Assembly (NCBI GenBank): GCA_902786975.1
Contig: CADAES010000017.1
Coordinates: 7,998 to 71,997 of the forward strand
Reading direction: 5' to 3'
From: an uncultured Ruminococcus sp.
GTDB taxonomy: Bacteria; Bacillota; Clostridia; Oscillospirales; Ruminococcaceae
DNA length: 64,000 bases
In this document: positions 1 to 8,261 of the stretch, piece after piece
Layout: every line of letters starts with the position of its first letter
Position numbering within the stretch: the stretch's first letter is position 1
The notes under the pieces: generated by a model
Told to the model about the DNA's origin: nothing
The model's input: the letters and a program-made list of their open reading frames with translations, nothing else
Database searches by the model: none
Position numbers and translations under genes: made by a program

Positions 1-18
1 CCTGAGCACTATCTTCAT
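1..18 (-). CDS. 5' end of a CDS running off the left edge (MKIVLR...)
   Basis: Minus-strand ATG at 16-18 preceded by an aaaggag SD about 6 nt upstream. Only 6 codons are visible. Confidence 0.25.
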
Positions 19-140
19 CCGGTTATCTCCTTTAATATTCAGGTTTTGCCCTGTTGATGCACGACAGAGTCTCTGCTGCCGCAGTTATCTTTATTCTAAT
101 GATAACAGCCCTTTCTGAAAAAACTCTTAAATAAATTCTT

Positions 141-182
141 AAAAAAACATTAAGGCAATGCAGCACCCGGCCGCATCGCCTT
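141..182 (-). terminator. putative intrinsic terminator of the ABC operon
   Basis: Imperfect GC hairpin (aaggcaatgc...gcatcgcctt), then a U-run on the minus strand (A-run 141-147 on plus). Confidence 0.4.
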
Positions 183-202
183 GTATTTTAAGCTTTTCCG
201 GC

Positions 203-1342
203 TCAAAGAGCCTTCTTGTTCTTCTTGACGATAAGTGATACTGCGAAGATAGCCGCTGCGAACAGCACCTGTATACCTATGCAGATCATAACGGTCGAAA
301 GCTTGAACGTGTCGCTGCTCAGACCGCAGATCATATCGTTCGCTCTTACGTACCAGTATGCGGGCAGGAACCTTGCAGCTGTTAGGACTCCGCTTGAAAG
401 CATCTCCTGCGGAACGAACATACCGCACAGGAACGCCATTCCAAGACCGAGCACCTGTGTTACGAACGCAAGGACGTTCTCCTTTACGCCAAGCTCTGAG
501 AACAGCATTGCGATAGCAACGCATACCAGCGTGAACGCTGCGGAGTTGAGCACACCGTACCAGATGTTGCCCGAGTACATACCGCCGTTCTTGCCGACAC
601 CTATCACCATAAGGAACAGCCAGATAACCAACACGAATATACCGCTTGCTGCGATCGTCTGCAGCGAAATGCTCGATACCTTGATGCTGGAGCACTTTGT
701 TCTGAACCCGACCTCTTTCTTGTTCATCGCAACTATTACCGGGCAAAGCACGCTTACGATTATGCTCAGCAGTGCATAAGGCAGATAGTTGAAGAACGAT
801 GCCGCTTTGGTGTTTGCGGTATTATCGGAGAACGTTTCAAAGTTTACCTCTGTCTTGATCGAGAGAGCTTCCTCTGCCGCATCGATCGCCTTTGACATTT
901 CCATACCGCCTGCCATATAAGCCTTTACGGTCGAAACGTAGGTATCCAGGGTAGAGTCTGCAAGCTTATTGGTATAGCTGTCGTGCAGGTAGCGGGTCGA
1001 GAAAAGTCCCTCTGTCTCGCCCTTTGCGAGCCTGTCTGCATAGCCCTCGTTGATGGTGATGACATAGTTTGTCGAGGTGATGTAAAGTGCGTCGATGAGC
1101 TTATCCTTGTCGTCCTCGACGTCAACGATCTCGTTGTCCTTTTTGAGGTACTCGCAAAGCTTTTTGCTCGCTTCGGTTTTGTCGTGGTCGTAAACGGTCA
1201 GCGCCATTTTAGATGTTGTGAAAGATGTGCTGCCGCCGCCGATGTTGGTAAAGTTGAGGATCAGCAGGAAGATACCGAGGAACACAAGCGTTGCCAGCCA
1301 CTTGGTCTTAGCGATCTTGAAAAACAGCTTAAAGACTTGCAT
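203..1342 (-). CDS. ABC-2 type transporter permease
   Basis: 379 aa with an N-terminal TM, a large extracytoplasmic loop and a C-terminal multi-TM bundle. Overlaps the upstream paralog by 14 nt. Confidence 0.8.
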   Translation of the reverse strand: MQVFKLFFKIAKTKWLATLVFLGIFLLILNFTNIGGGSTSFTTSKMALTVYDHDKTEASKKLCEYLKKDNEIVDVEDDKDKLIDALYITSTNYVITINEGYADRLAKGETEGLFSTRYLHDSYTNKLADSTLDTYVSTVKAYMAGGMEMSKAIDAAEEALSIKTEVNFETFSDNTANTKAASFFNYLPYALLSIIVSVLCPVIVAMNKKEVGFRTKCSSIKVSSISLQTIAASGIFVLVIWLFLMVIGVGKNGGMYSGNIWYGVLNSAAFTLVCVAIAMLFSELGVKENVLAFVTQVLGLGMAFLCGMFVPQEMLSSGVLTAARFLPAYWYVRANDMICGLSSDTFKLSTVMICIGIQVLFAAAIFAVSLIVKKNKKAL

Positions 1343-2504
1343 ACTTGCGCCTCCTTGTCATAATAAGTCCGAGAGTTACGAATACTACTGTTGTGATGAT
1401 CATAGTGACTACGCACTGAATGTATCTTGTGTAATCCTTGTAGATGTTGAGGCTGAAAAAGCTCTCGCATATAACAGCCGCAGGGTTTACCTTGTTGAAC
1501 CAGGCAAAAGAGGATTCAGCTATCTTCTGCTTTATAGAGGCGTCCATAAGTCCGCTTGCGAAGCAAAGCAGAAGTGAAACTGCGGTGCAGATAGCGTCCT
1601 TTGTGCTCTCGCCGAATCTGCCGACCGATCCGATGAAAAATCCCATCGAGCTGCCGACTGTGCCTGCGAGTATCGAGGTGAGATATACAAGCGGCAGCCT
1701 GTTACCCATATCGACACGCAGCACCGTGATAATGAATGTCAGCGAAATGACCATGCATATCGCCTGAACAACGAATGTTGCACACAGGCAGGAAAGGATA
1801 GTCTTGCTCTTTGGTGTGGGGGATATGCACTTTCTTGCGCCCAGCGACGAGAGGTTGCCCTGATTGTGCGTTGCAACGTGCAGACCGGTGATAGTACCGA
1901 AAAGTGCTACCATGCCCAGCAGGTTGTAGAAATACTGGTCGTACATATTCGTATTGCCCTGCGAAAGAGCCTCGCTCTTTATGCTGCTTATCTCCTCCGT
2001 CAGCGCATTTGTTACAGCCGCTATCTTTGTCGGGTCGCTGCTTGCGGTGTCGCCGATTATCTTTGCGTTGAGGTTGTACTTTTCAACGAACCTTTCAAGC
2101 ATAGTGCTCTTGAGGCTGTTTGAAGATACCGTAAGCGAAAGCTTGTCGTCTACAAAGATTATGCCACGGACGTCCTCTTTCTCAAGCTGCTTCATCGCAT
2201 CGTCCTTGTCGGTGTAGACAAACGAGAACATAGCATCGTCCGCATTCTCCATATTCTCGGCTATCTGCCTGAAAGTCCTGCCGCTTTCCTCGCTGTTTAC
2301 CACAACTGCGGTCTTGACGGCGGTGAACTTTATATCGTTGTCGTAGATGTTTCCGAAAGCCACCTTGAAGAAAGTGCCCAGTGCTATCGGATATATTATA
2401 AGCCAGATAATGACTTCTTTGACCCTGAGCGTCGTGATAAGGTCATATTTGAAATTATGCCTGAACATATCGTTTCTCCTTTTTGTCTTTCGTTGGTCAC
2501 TCAC
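1329..2504 (-). CDS. ABC-2 type transporter permease (second subunit)
   Basis: 391 aa with the same architecture as 203-1342. Overlaps the ATPase stop by 8 nt; the start could instead be the internal M at 2468. Confidence 0.8.
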   Translation of the reverse strand: MSDQRKTKRRNDMFRHNFKYDLITTLRVKEVIIWLIIYPIALGTFFKVAFGNIYDNDIKFTAVKTAVVVNSEESGRTFRQIAENMENADDAMFSFVYTDKDDAMKQLEKEDVRGIIFVDDKLSLTVSSNSLKSTMLERFVEKYNLNAKIIGDTASSDPTKIAAVTNALTEEISSIKSEALSQGNTNMYDQYFYNLLGMVALFGTITGLHVATHNQGNLSSLGARKCISPTPKSKTILSCLCATFVVQAICMVISLTFIITVLRVDMGNRLPLVYLTSILAGTVGSSMGFFIGSVGRFGESTKDAICTAVSLLLCFASGLMDASIKQKIAESSFAWFNKVNPAAVICESFFSLNIYKDYTRYIQCVVTMIITTVVFVTLGLIMTRRRKYASL

Positions 2505-3444
2505 TGTCTCTGAGCTGCTTACCCGTTATCTCAAGGAACACATCGTTGAGCGTGGGAAGCTCGGAATAAACTCTGCCGAAGTGGATATCCTTTTGCTGAA
2601 GCACACCCAGTATCCTTATAAGGTTGTGCTTGCCGCCCGAGCAGTAAACGTAAAGCTTTCCGTCCTTATACTCCACGTCGTAAACGTGAGGCAGAGCGCT
2701 CATTTTTTCTGTTGTATCGTCATCGGGCTGCTGCATCTCTATCGAAACCGTCTCGGTGTTCTTTATCATCTTTTTCAGCTCAGCCTTTGTGCCGAGTGCG
2801 ATGTTCTTGCCCTTGTCCATTATTGCGATGCGTGAGCATATCTGCTCGACTTCCTCCATATAGTGAGAGGTATATATAATAGTAGCGCCCTGTGCGTTGA
2901 GCTCGAGGATACCCTCGAGTATCCTGTTTCTGCTCTGCGGGTCCACCGCAACTGTCGGCTCGTCGAGGATTATAAGCTCGGGCTTATGAGCGATGCCGCA
3001 GGCGATGTTGAGTCGTCTTAAAAGACCGCCCGAGAGCTTCTTTGGTCTGAACTTCGTGAACTCCTCCAGCCCTACAAACTTTATCGCCTCGTCAACGTAC
3101 TTTTTTCTTGTCTCCTTGTCAGTGATGTACAGTCCGCAGAAATAGTCGATATTCTCATATACCGTAAGCTCGTCGTATACCGCAACGTTCTGTGAGATAA
3201 CTCCGACGCGCTTTTTTAAAGCGTAGTTTGTCGGGGTCATTTTCTCGCCGAAGATCTCGATCTCGCCCTTGTCAAAGTCCAGCAGCGACAGCAGACAGTT
3301 TATCGTCGTTGTCTTTCCCGAGCCGTTTGGTCCGAGCAGTCCGAACACCTCTCCCTGCTTTATGTCAAGGTCAAAGTGGTCTACTGCGATAAGCTCCTTG
3401 TATCTCTTGACCAGGTTTTGTATTTTTACTACCGTCTGTGCCAT
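2497..3444 (-). CDS. ABC transporter ATP-binding protein
   Basis: Walker A GPNGSGKTT, signature LSGGLLRR and Walker B ILDEP. Start set at MAQTVV because a GGGAGG SD lies 7 nt upstream. Confidence 0.93.
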   Translation of the reverse strand: MAQTVVKIQNLVKRYKELIAVDHFDLDIKQGEVFGLLGPNGSGKTTTINCLLSLLDFDKGEIEIFGEKMTPTNYALKKRVGVISQNVAVYDELTVYENIDYFCGLYITDKETRKKYVDEAIKFVGLEEFTKFRPKKLSGGLLRRLNIACGIAHKPELIILDEPTVAVDPQSRNRILEGILELNAQGATIIYTSHYMEEVEQICSRIAIMDKGKNIALGTKAELKKMIKNTETVSIEMQQPDDDTTEKMSALPHVYDVEYKDGKLYVYCSGGKHNLIRILGVLQQKDIHFGRVYSELPTLNDVFLEITGKQLRDSE

Positions 3445-3561
3445 AACTGTTCCTCCCATATTTTTTTGTTTTGTTCTTCCTACTGTAACTACATTATATC
3501 ACAGCATATGTCACAATGTAAGTGAACGGAGTAATCAAGTGATATGACAAATGTAATTTTT

Positions 3562-3817
3562 AGAGGTAAGATGTAAGAGGTAAGAGGTAAGAAGCGGAGA
3601 CCGGAAGCAAGAGCTATAAAGGGGAGTTTGTCGTGTGATGACACATTTCTTGCTTCTGAAAGCGAAGCGTTCCTGCTTCTATAAGCGTAATTCCCCCGAT
3701 GTCTTTCTGTCAAGTTGACAACAGATATCAAAATGTGCTATCATATCTTTGATATCAAAAAAGGTCAGAAGCGGGGATACAATCATTCTTACTTCTTACC
3801 TTTTACATCTTACTTCT
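3562..3817. repeat. MITE-like element bounded by 30-nt GTAAGA-rich inverted repeats
   Basis: Arm 3562-3591 matches the reverse complement of 3788-3817 at about 27/30. Related solo arms occur near 10822 and 32103-32137. Confidence 0.5.
3715..3744 (+). promoter_or_regulatory. sigma-A type promoter for the kinase/regulator operon
   Basis: TTGACA (3715-20), 18-nt spacer, TGcTATCAT (-10 at 3739-44). It lies inside the inverted-repeat element. Confidence 0.55.
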
Positions 3818-3939
3818 GAAGGGGGGCGGCAGCTATATCCGAGCTTATCGAAAAACTGATACTCACGCTGCTGTGTGCCTCTGCCCTGCCATACGGTGAC
3901 TGGGGAACGAGCCTGCCGGTAGTTTCGATACTGACGTGC

Positions 3940-4920
3940 GTGACTGTCAGCTGTCTTATCGCTTCGGCAGGGAACAGATATGTTCAGTACGCACTCACCG
4001 CAGTCTGCATAGCCTGCTGCTTTGCGAGCCCCTGCTTTGTGCTGTTTTTACCGCTGACAGCTTACGACATCTCCCGCAGAAAGCTCTATATATCAATATT
4101 TCCCGCACTTGCAGCGCTGGGGGTCCAGACCATCGGCGGAGATATAGGACTGCTTCTGCGAACGGTAATATTTATCACTGTCGCCGTGTCGCTCGAGCAT
4201 TTCAGCAGATATTCGCACGAACTGAAGCAGGAGCTTATCAGAACTCGTGACAACGCTGTTGAGTATTCAAACGAGCTTATCAGAAAAAACGAACAGATAA
4301 TCGAAGCACAGGACAACGAGGTACACCTCGCCACACTAAAGGAGAGGAACCGTATCGCCAGAGAGATACACGACAACGTCGGGCATATGCTCACCCGAAC
4401 GATACTTCAGATGGGTGCGATACAGATAATCAACAAGGACGAGAACTTAAAAGAGCCGCTTGACAGCGTAAAGCAGACGCTCGACGAAGCTATGAACTCG
4501 ATACGAAAGAGCGTCCACGACCTGCACAACGACTCGATAGACCTCGAAGGCTCGCTTCGTGAAGCAATATCCCCGCTTAAAGACAAATACAAGGTCAACT
4601 TTGACTACGACGCATCCGGAAATATAAACGGCAAGATAAAATACTGCTTCATAGCCATAGTAAAAGAGGCTGTCAACAATATAATAAAGCACTCAAACGG
4701 CGATACCGTTAATATAGCCGTACACGAACACCCCGGAATGTGTACCCTGTGTGTCGAGGACAACGGAAAATGCTCGGGGAACATCTCCTCGGGCGGCATA
4801 GGTCTTGACAATATGAACGACAGGGTAAATGCGCTTGGCGGCGTTCTCAATATCACCCCGAGCGAACAAGGCTTCAAGATATTTGTAAGTATAATGAAAA
4901 AGGTGGAACAAAGCACATGA
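3940..4920 (+). CDS. sensor histidine kinase, HisKA_3 (LiaS/DesK/NarX-like)
   Basis: H-box REIHDNVGH, a C-terminal HATPase region (GGIGLDNM) and N-terminal TM segments. The true start is probably upstream of 3940 (see finding). Confidence 0.85.
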   Translation: MTVSCLIASAGNRYVQYALTAVCIACCFASPCFVLFLPLTAYDISRRKLYISIFPALAALGVQTIGGDIGLLLRTVIFITVAVSLEHFSRYSHELKQELIRTRDNAVEYSNELIRKNEQIIEAQDNEVHLATLKERNRIAREIHDNVGHMLTRTILQMGAIQIINKDENLKEPLDSVKQTLDEAMNSIRKSVHDLHNDSIDLEGSLREAISPLKDKYKVNFDYDASGNINGKIKYCFIAIVKEAVNNIIKHSNGDTVNIAVHEHPGMCTLCVEDNGKCSGNISSGGIGLDNMNDRVNALGGVLNITPSEQGFKIFVSIMKKVEQST

Positions 4921-5537
4921 GGATAATTGTTATAGACGACGACAAGCTTGTTGCGCTGTCGCTCAAAACGATACTTGAAAACACCGGCAGCATAGAGATA
5001 GCTGCCATGGGATACAGCGGCGAGGAGGCTATCGGACTGTACGCTCAGCATAAGCCTGACGTTATGCTTATGGATATACGAATGCAGGGTATGACCGGAC
5101 TTGAAGCGGGCGAAAAGATACTTGCCTCGGATAAAAATGCAAGGATACTTTATCTGACGACTTTTTCCGACGACGAATATATCGTAAAGGCTTTGAACAT
5201 CGGTGCAAAGGGCTATATCCTGAAGCAGGACTTCAACGGCATCGAGCCTGCACTTCAGGCTGTAATGAACGGACAGCGTGTGTTCGGCGAGCAGGTAATA
5301 AGCAAGCTCCCCGAGCTTATGAGCGGAAAGGAAAGCTTTGACTACCAGAGCTTCGGGCTGACCGATAAGGAGTGGGAGATGACCACCCTCGTCGCACAGG
5401 GACTTAGCAACAAGGAGATAGCCTCGGAAATGTTCCTGAGCGAAGGCACGGTAAGGAACTACCTCAGCCAGATACTCGAAAAGCTCGACCTGCGTGACCG
5501 CACCCAGCTGGCTATATTCTATTTCAACCACAAATAA
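4917..5537 (+). CDS. response regulator, NarL/LuxR family
   Basis: Receiver (DDD...DVMLMDIRM...K) plus a C-terminal LuxR HTH (LTDKEWEMTTLVAQGLSNKEIA). ATGA overlap with the kinase. Confidence 0.92.
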   Translation: MRIIVIDDDKLVALSLKTILENTGSIEIAAMGYSGEEAIGLYAQHKPDVMLMDIRMQGMTGLEAGEKILASDKNARILYLTTFSDDEYIVKALNIGAKGYILKQDFNGIEPALQAVMNGQRVFGEQVISKLPELMSGKESFDYQSFGLTDKEWEMTTLVAQGLSNKEIASEMFLSEGTVRNYLSQILEKLDLRDRTQLAIFYFNHK

Positions 5538-5555
5538 GACAGTTTGTGCTGCACT

Positions 5556-5600
5556 AAAAAAGACACAAGGACCGTCGGGTCCCTGTGTCTTTGTTCGTTT
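5556..5600. terminator. bidirectional intrinsic terminator
   Basis: 13-bp stem agacacaaggacc/ggtccctgtgtct with an A-run on the left and a T-run on the right, between convergent genes. Confidence 0.7.
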
Positions 5601-5604
5601 TTGT

Positions 5605-6066
5605 TCAGTTTTCCTCAAATATCCCCTCGTCGCCGAGCCTTATGACTCTTTCGGGGTCGATGATACGGCACTCCCTGCCCTCGGGGTCGGTGAACATACC
5701 TGCGAGGAATCTTGCGCTCGCCTGCTCGTTCAGCTCGACGGCAGGCTGTACCTTGTCGTCGGGTATCTCCGCAAAGCCGAATATCTCATTGACCAGCAAA
5801 GCCGCCTGCTTTTCGGTGCTGTTGGTCACGATAAAGCAGTCGTGCAGGCGCACTCCGCCGAAATCGTAGCCAAAGCGTCTGGTGAGGTCTATAACGGGGA
5901 TATACTTGTTTTCGTATTTCACCGTTCCGAGCACATAGTCGGGAAAATCGGGTATTCGCTCGGGGATCACAGCGGGGATTATCTGTTTTACGTTTTTAAA
6001 GTTTACCGAATAGATATGTCCGTCCACCGAAAAGATAAGATACTTGTCTGCCTGCATATCTTCCAT
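5605..6066 (-). CDS. cheW: chemotaxis coupling protein CheW
   Basis: 153 aa single CheW-like domain (YLIFSVDGHIYSV...VIDL). Confidence 0.85.
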   Translation of the reverse strand: MEDMQADKYLIFSVDGHIYSVNFKNVKQIIPAVIPERIPDFPDYVLGTVKYENKYIPVIDLTRRFGYDFGGVRLHDCFIVTNSTEKQAALLVNEIFGFAEIPDDKVQPAVELNEQASARFLAGMFTDPEGRECRIIDPERVIRLGDEGIFEEN

Positions 6067-6068
6067 AT

Positions 6069-7085
6069 CTATTTCGCCTCCTTGTTAATAAGCTTCAGAT
6101 CGAGCATTATCTCGCCTGCGATGTTTTCAAGGCTCATCTGCCGTCTGACGCTGCCGTTTTCAAAGGCAGCTCTCGGCATTCCGTAGACAACGCTGCTCGC
6201 CTCGTCCTGCCCGATAGTATAGCTTCCCATCTTCTTCATATTCAGAAGCCCCGTCGCACCGTCTGCGCCCATTCCCGTAAGGATAACTCCGACAGCCTTG
6301 TTTTTTCCGCAGTAAGCCACCGAATCGAACAGCACGTTTACCGACGGACAGTGACCCGATACCCTGACGCCTGCTTCAGAGGTGACAAAGTAGCCTTCGT
6401 TGTCGTGGAACACTCTGAGGTGCTCACCGCCCTTTGCGATAACGACCATATTGTTTTTCAGATACAGACCGCTTTTTGCCTCGGTCACATCGAACCGTGT
6501 CGTCTTATTGAGCTGGTCTGCATATATCTGCGTGTAGGTCTCGGGCATATGCAGCACCGCAACTATGGGCGGGACATCTCCCGTGAGCTTTTCCAGTATC
6601 ACAGGCAAAGCCTGCGTGCTGCCCGTTGAACCGCCGATAGCGACTATACAGCCCTGATCACGCCTTATCAGCGCTTCCTTCAGCTTCTGCTCTCCTGCGG
6701 TCTTTCTGAGAAGCCTGTTAAGGCTCTCGCAGATCCTCGAAGAAAACCTTTCGGCGTCCTCGTGCGGCTTCATTATAACATCCATCGCACCCGCATTCAT
6801 AAAGCCGTAGTTTGAATTGTGCGAAACGGTGCAGACTATCAGCGGACGGTAGTATTTCGGCATGAGCTTTCGGATATACTCACAAACATCTTCCTTGCTG
6901 CCACGGTCGCCGTCGAGTATTATAACATCGGGCTTGTACATCTTTACCGCAGCCGCACCCTGGTCGAAAATACAGCTTTCGATAGTAAGCTCTGCCGAAG
7001 ACACCTTTTCCGTCATCTTCCTTATCCCGAAGGAGAAGTTCCTGTCATCTGCAATTATAAGTATCCTACCGTTTTCCCTGATCAT
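6069..7085 (-). CDS. cheB: protein-glutamate methylesterase CheB
   Basis: N-terminal receiver plus esterase motifs GGSTGS, HMP and GMGADG. Confidence 0.9.
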   Translation of the reverse strand: MIRENGRILIIADDRNFSFGIRKMTEKVSSAELTIESCIFDQGAAAVKMYKPDVIILDGDRGSKEDVCEYIRKLMPKYYRPLIVCTVSHNSNYGFMNAGAMDVIMKPHEDAERFSSRICESLNRLLRKTAGEQKLKEALIRRDQGCIVAIGGSTGSTQALPVILEKLTGDVPPIVAVLHMPETYTQIYADQLNKTTRFDVTEAKSGLYLKNNMVVIAKGGEHLRVFHDNEGYFVTSEAGVRVSGHCPSVNVLFDSVAYCGKNKAVGVILTGMGADGATGLLNMKKMGSYTIGQDEASSVVYGMPRAAFENGSVRRQMSLENIAGEIMLDLKLINKEAK

Positions 7086-7900
7086 CGCAGATCACCCTCC
7101 TTTCGGTAAATTGCCGTGGATTCCTTGAGATACATCATATCCGCAGGGGCACTCTCGGCGTGCCCTATGTAAAGATATCCTCCCGGCTCGGTCGCAGCAT
7201 AGAGCTTTTTGCACAGCCTTGACTTGGTCTCCTCATTGAAATATATCATAACGTTGCGGCAGTATATAAGATGAAAAGCGTGCTTGAACGAAATGTCCTC
7301 CATAAGATTGTGATACTTGAAAACAACGTTGTTGCGAATGTCGTCAACAACTCTGTAATCTCCGAAATCCGCACGGCAGAAGTATTTTTCACGCCATTTT
7401 TGGGGAATGTTCTCCAAAGACGCCTCCGAGTAAACTCCGTTTGAGGCACTTTTGAGAGCGTTGAAGGAAATGTCCGTCGCAAGTATCTTCAGATCCCACT
7501 GATACCGCTTCATTCCGAAATAATCATCAAGACACATTGCGATATTGTACGGCTCGTTGCCGAACGAACAGCCTGCGCTCCAGATACAAAGCATCCTGTC
7601 TTTTATCTGCTTTTCAGCTATAGGAAGAAACGTCTCCATCATATGACTGAAATGGGTCGATTCACGCATAAAATAGGTGTGGTTGGTCGTCAGACGGTTT
7701 ATCATATTGGCGACCTCACGCTGAGTAGAATCGCCGTAAACAAGGTTCAGGTACTCCGCAAAGCTGTCAAAACCGCAGTCAAGCACATAGTTGCTCAGCC
7801 TGCTCTCGACGAGAACTTTCCTGTCTGCAAGATTGAGCCCGTACCTTGCCTTTATAAATTCCGTAAGCTTTATAAAATCATCGTTCTCTATATGTAACAT
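7082..7900 (-). CDS. cheR: chemotaxis protein methyltransferase CheR
   Basis: CheR N-terminal and SAM-binding domains (IWSAGCSFGNEPY). Start moved to the ATG (MLHIEND), which has a GGGTGA SD; the track start is TTG. Confidence 0.88.
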   Translation of the reverse strand: MLHIENDDFIKLTEFIKARYGLNLADRKVLVESRLSNYVLDCGFDSFAEYLNLVYGDSTQREVANMINRLTTNHTYFMRESTHFSHMMETFLPIAEKQIKDRMLCIWSAGCSFGNEPYNIAMCLDDYFGMKRYQWDLKILATDISFNALKSASNGVYSEASLENIPQKWREKYFCRADFGDYRVVDDIRNNVVFKYHNLMEDISFKHAFHLIYCRNVMIYFNEETKSRLCKKLYAATEPGGYLYIGHAESAPADMMYLKESTAIYRKEGDLR

Positions 7901-7966
7901 TTCATCACCCTTTTCCGTAGTGGTATATGTTTTCAATTCACTATGATAGTATTTGTGATATAAAGG

Positions 7967-8013
7967 TCGCCCCCAGAGCGTCCGTCAGGACGGTGTGCCC
8001 CTTTCGGGTAAAC
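7967..8013 (+). repeat. short dispersed intergenic repeat (family B)
   Basis: tcgcccccaRagcgtccgtcag.acgg...gcccc recurs at 12244-12291. It contains the CGTCC-gtca-GGACG hairpin. Confidence 0.5.
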
Positions 8014-8075
8014 AATTATTGCTTGTGATGAGTAATCAGTAATTTGGTCGGGATAATTCTCTTGAAGCTTTACCG

Positions 8076-8230
8076 AGGATATTCTCTTAGTGAGAGTTTT
8101 CTCTCAAACTCTCCTCCCAAACTTTTACTACTTTTTCGTTATTGGGGTCGCAGACCCCAATGGCGAAAAAGAAATAAGAGGTTTAGGAAGGGGGTTCGGG
8201 GGAGAACCCTTCTCTAAAAGGGTTTCCCCC
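8076..8230 (+). repeat. structured dispersed repeat, three-hairpin module (family A, copy 1)
   Basis: About 125 nt nearly identical to 35241-35363; divergent copy at 10948-11099. The long hairpin at 8131-8171 has G-T wobbles on the plus strand only. Confidence 0.65.
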
Positions 8231-8261
8231 GGTAATACTCCAAAAGGGTTTGCCCTAAAAA

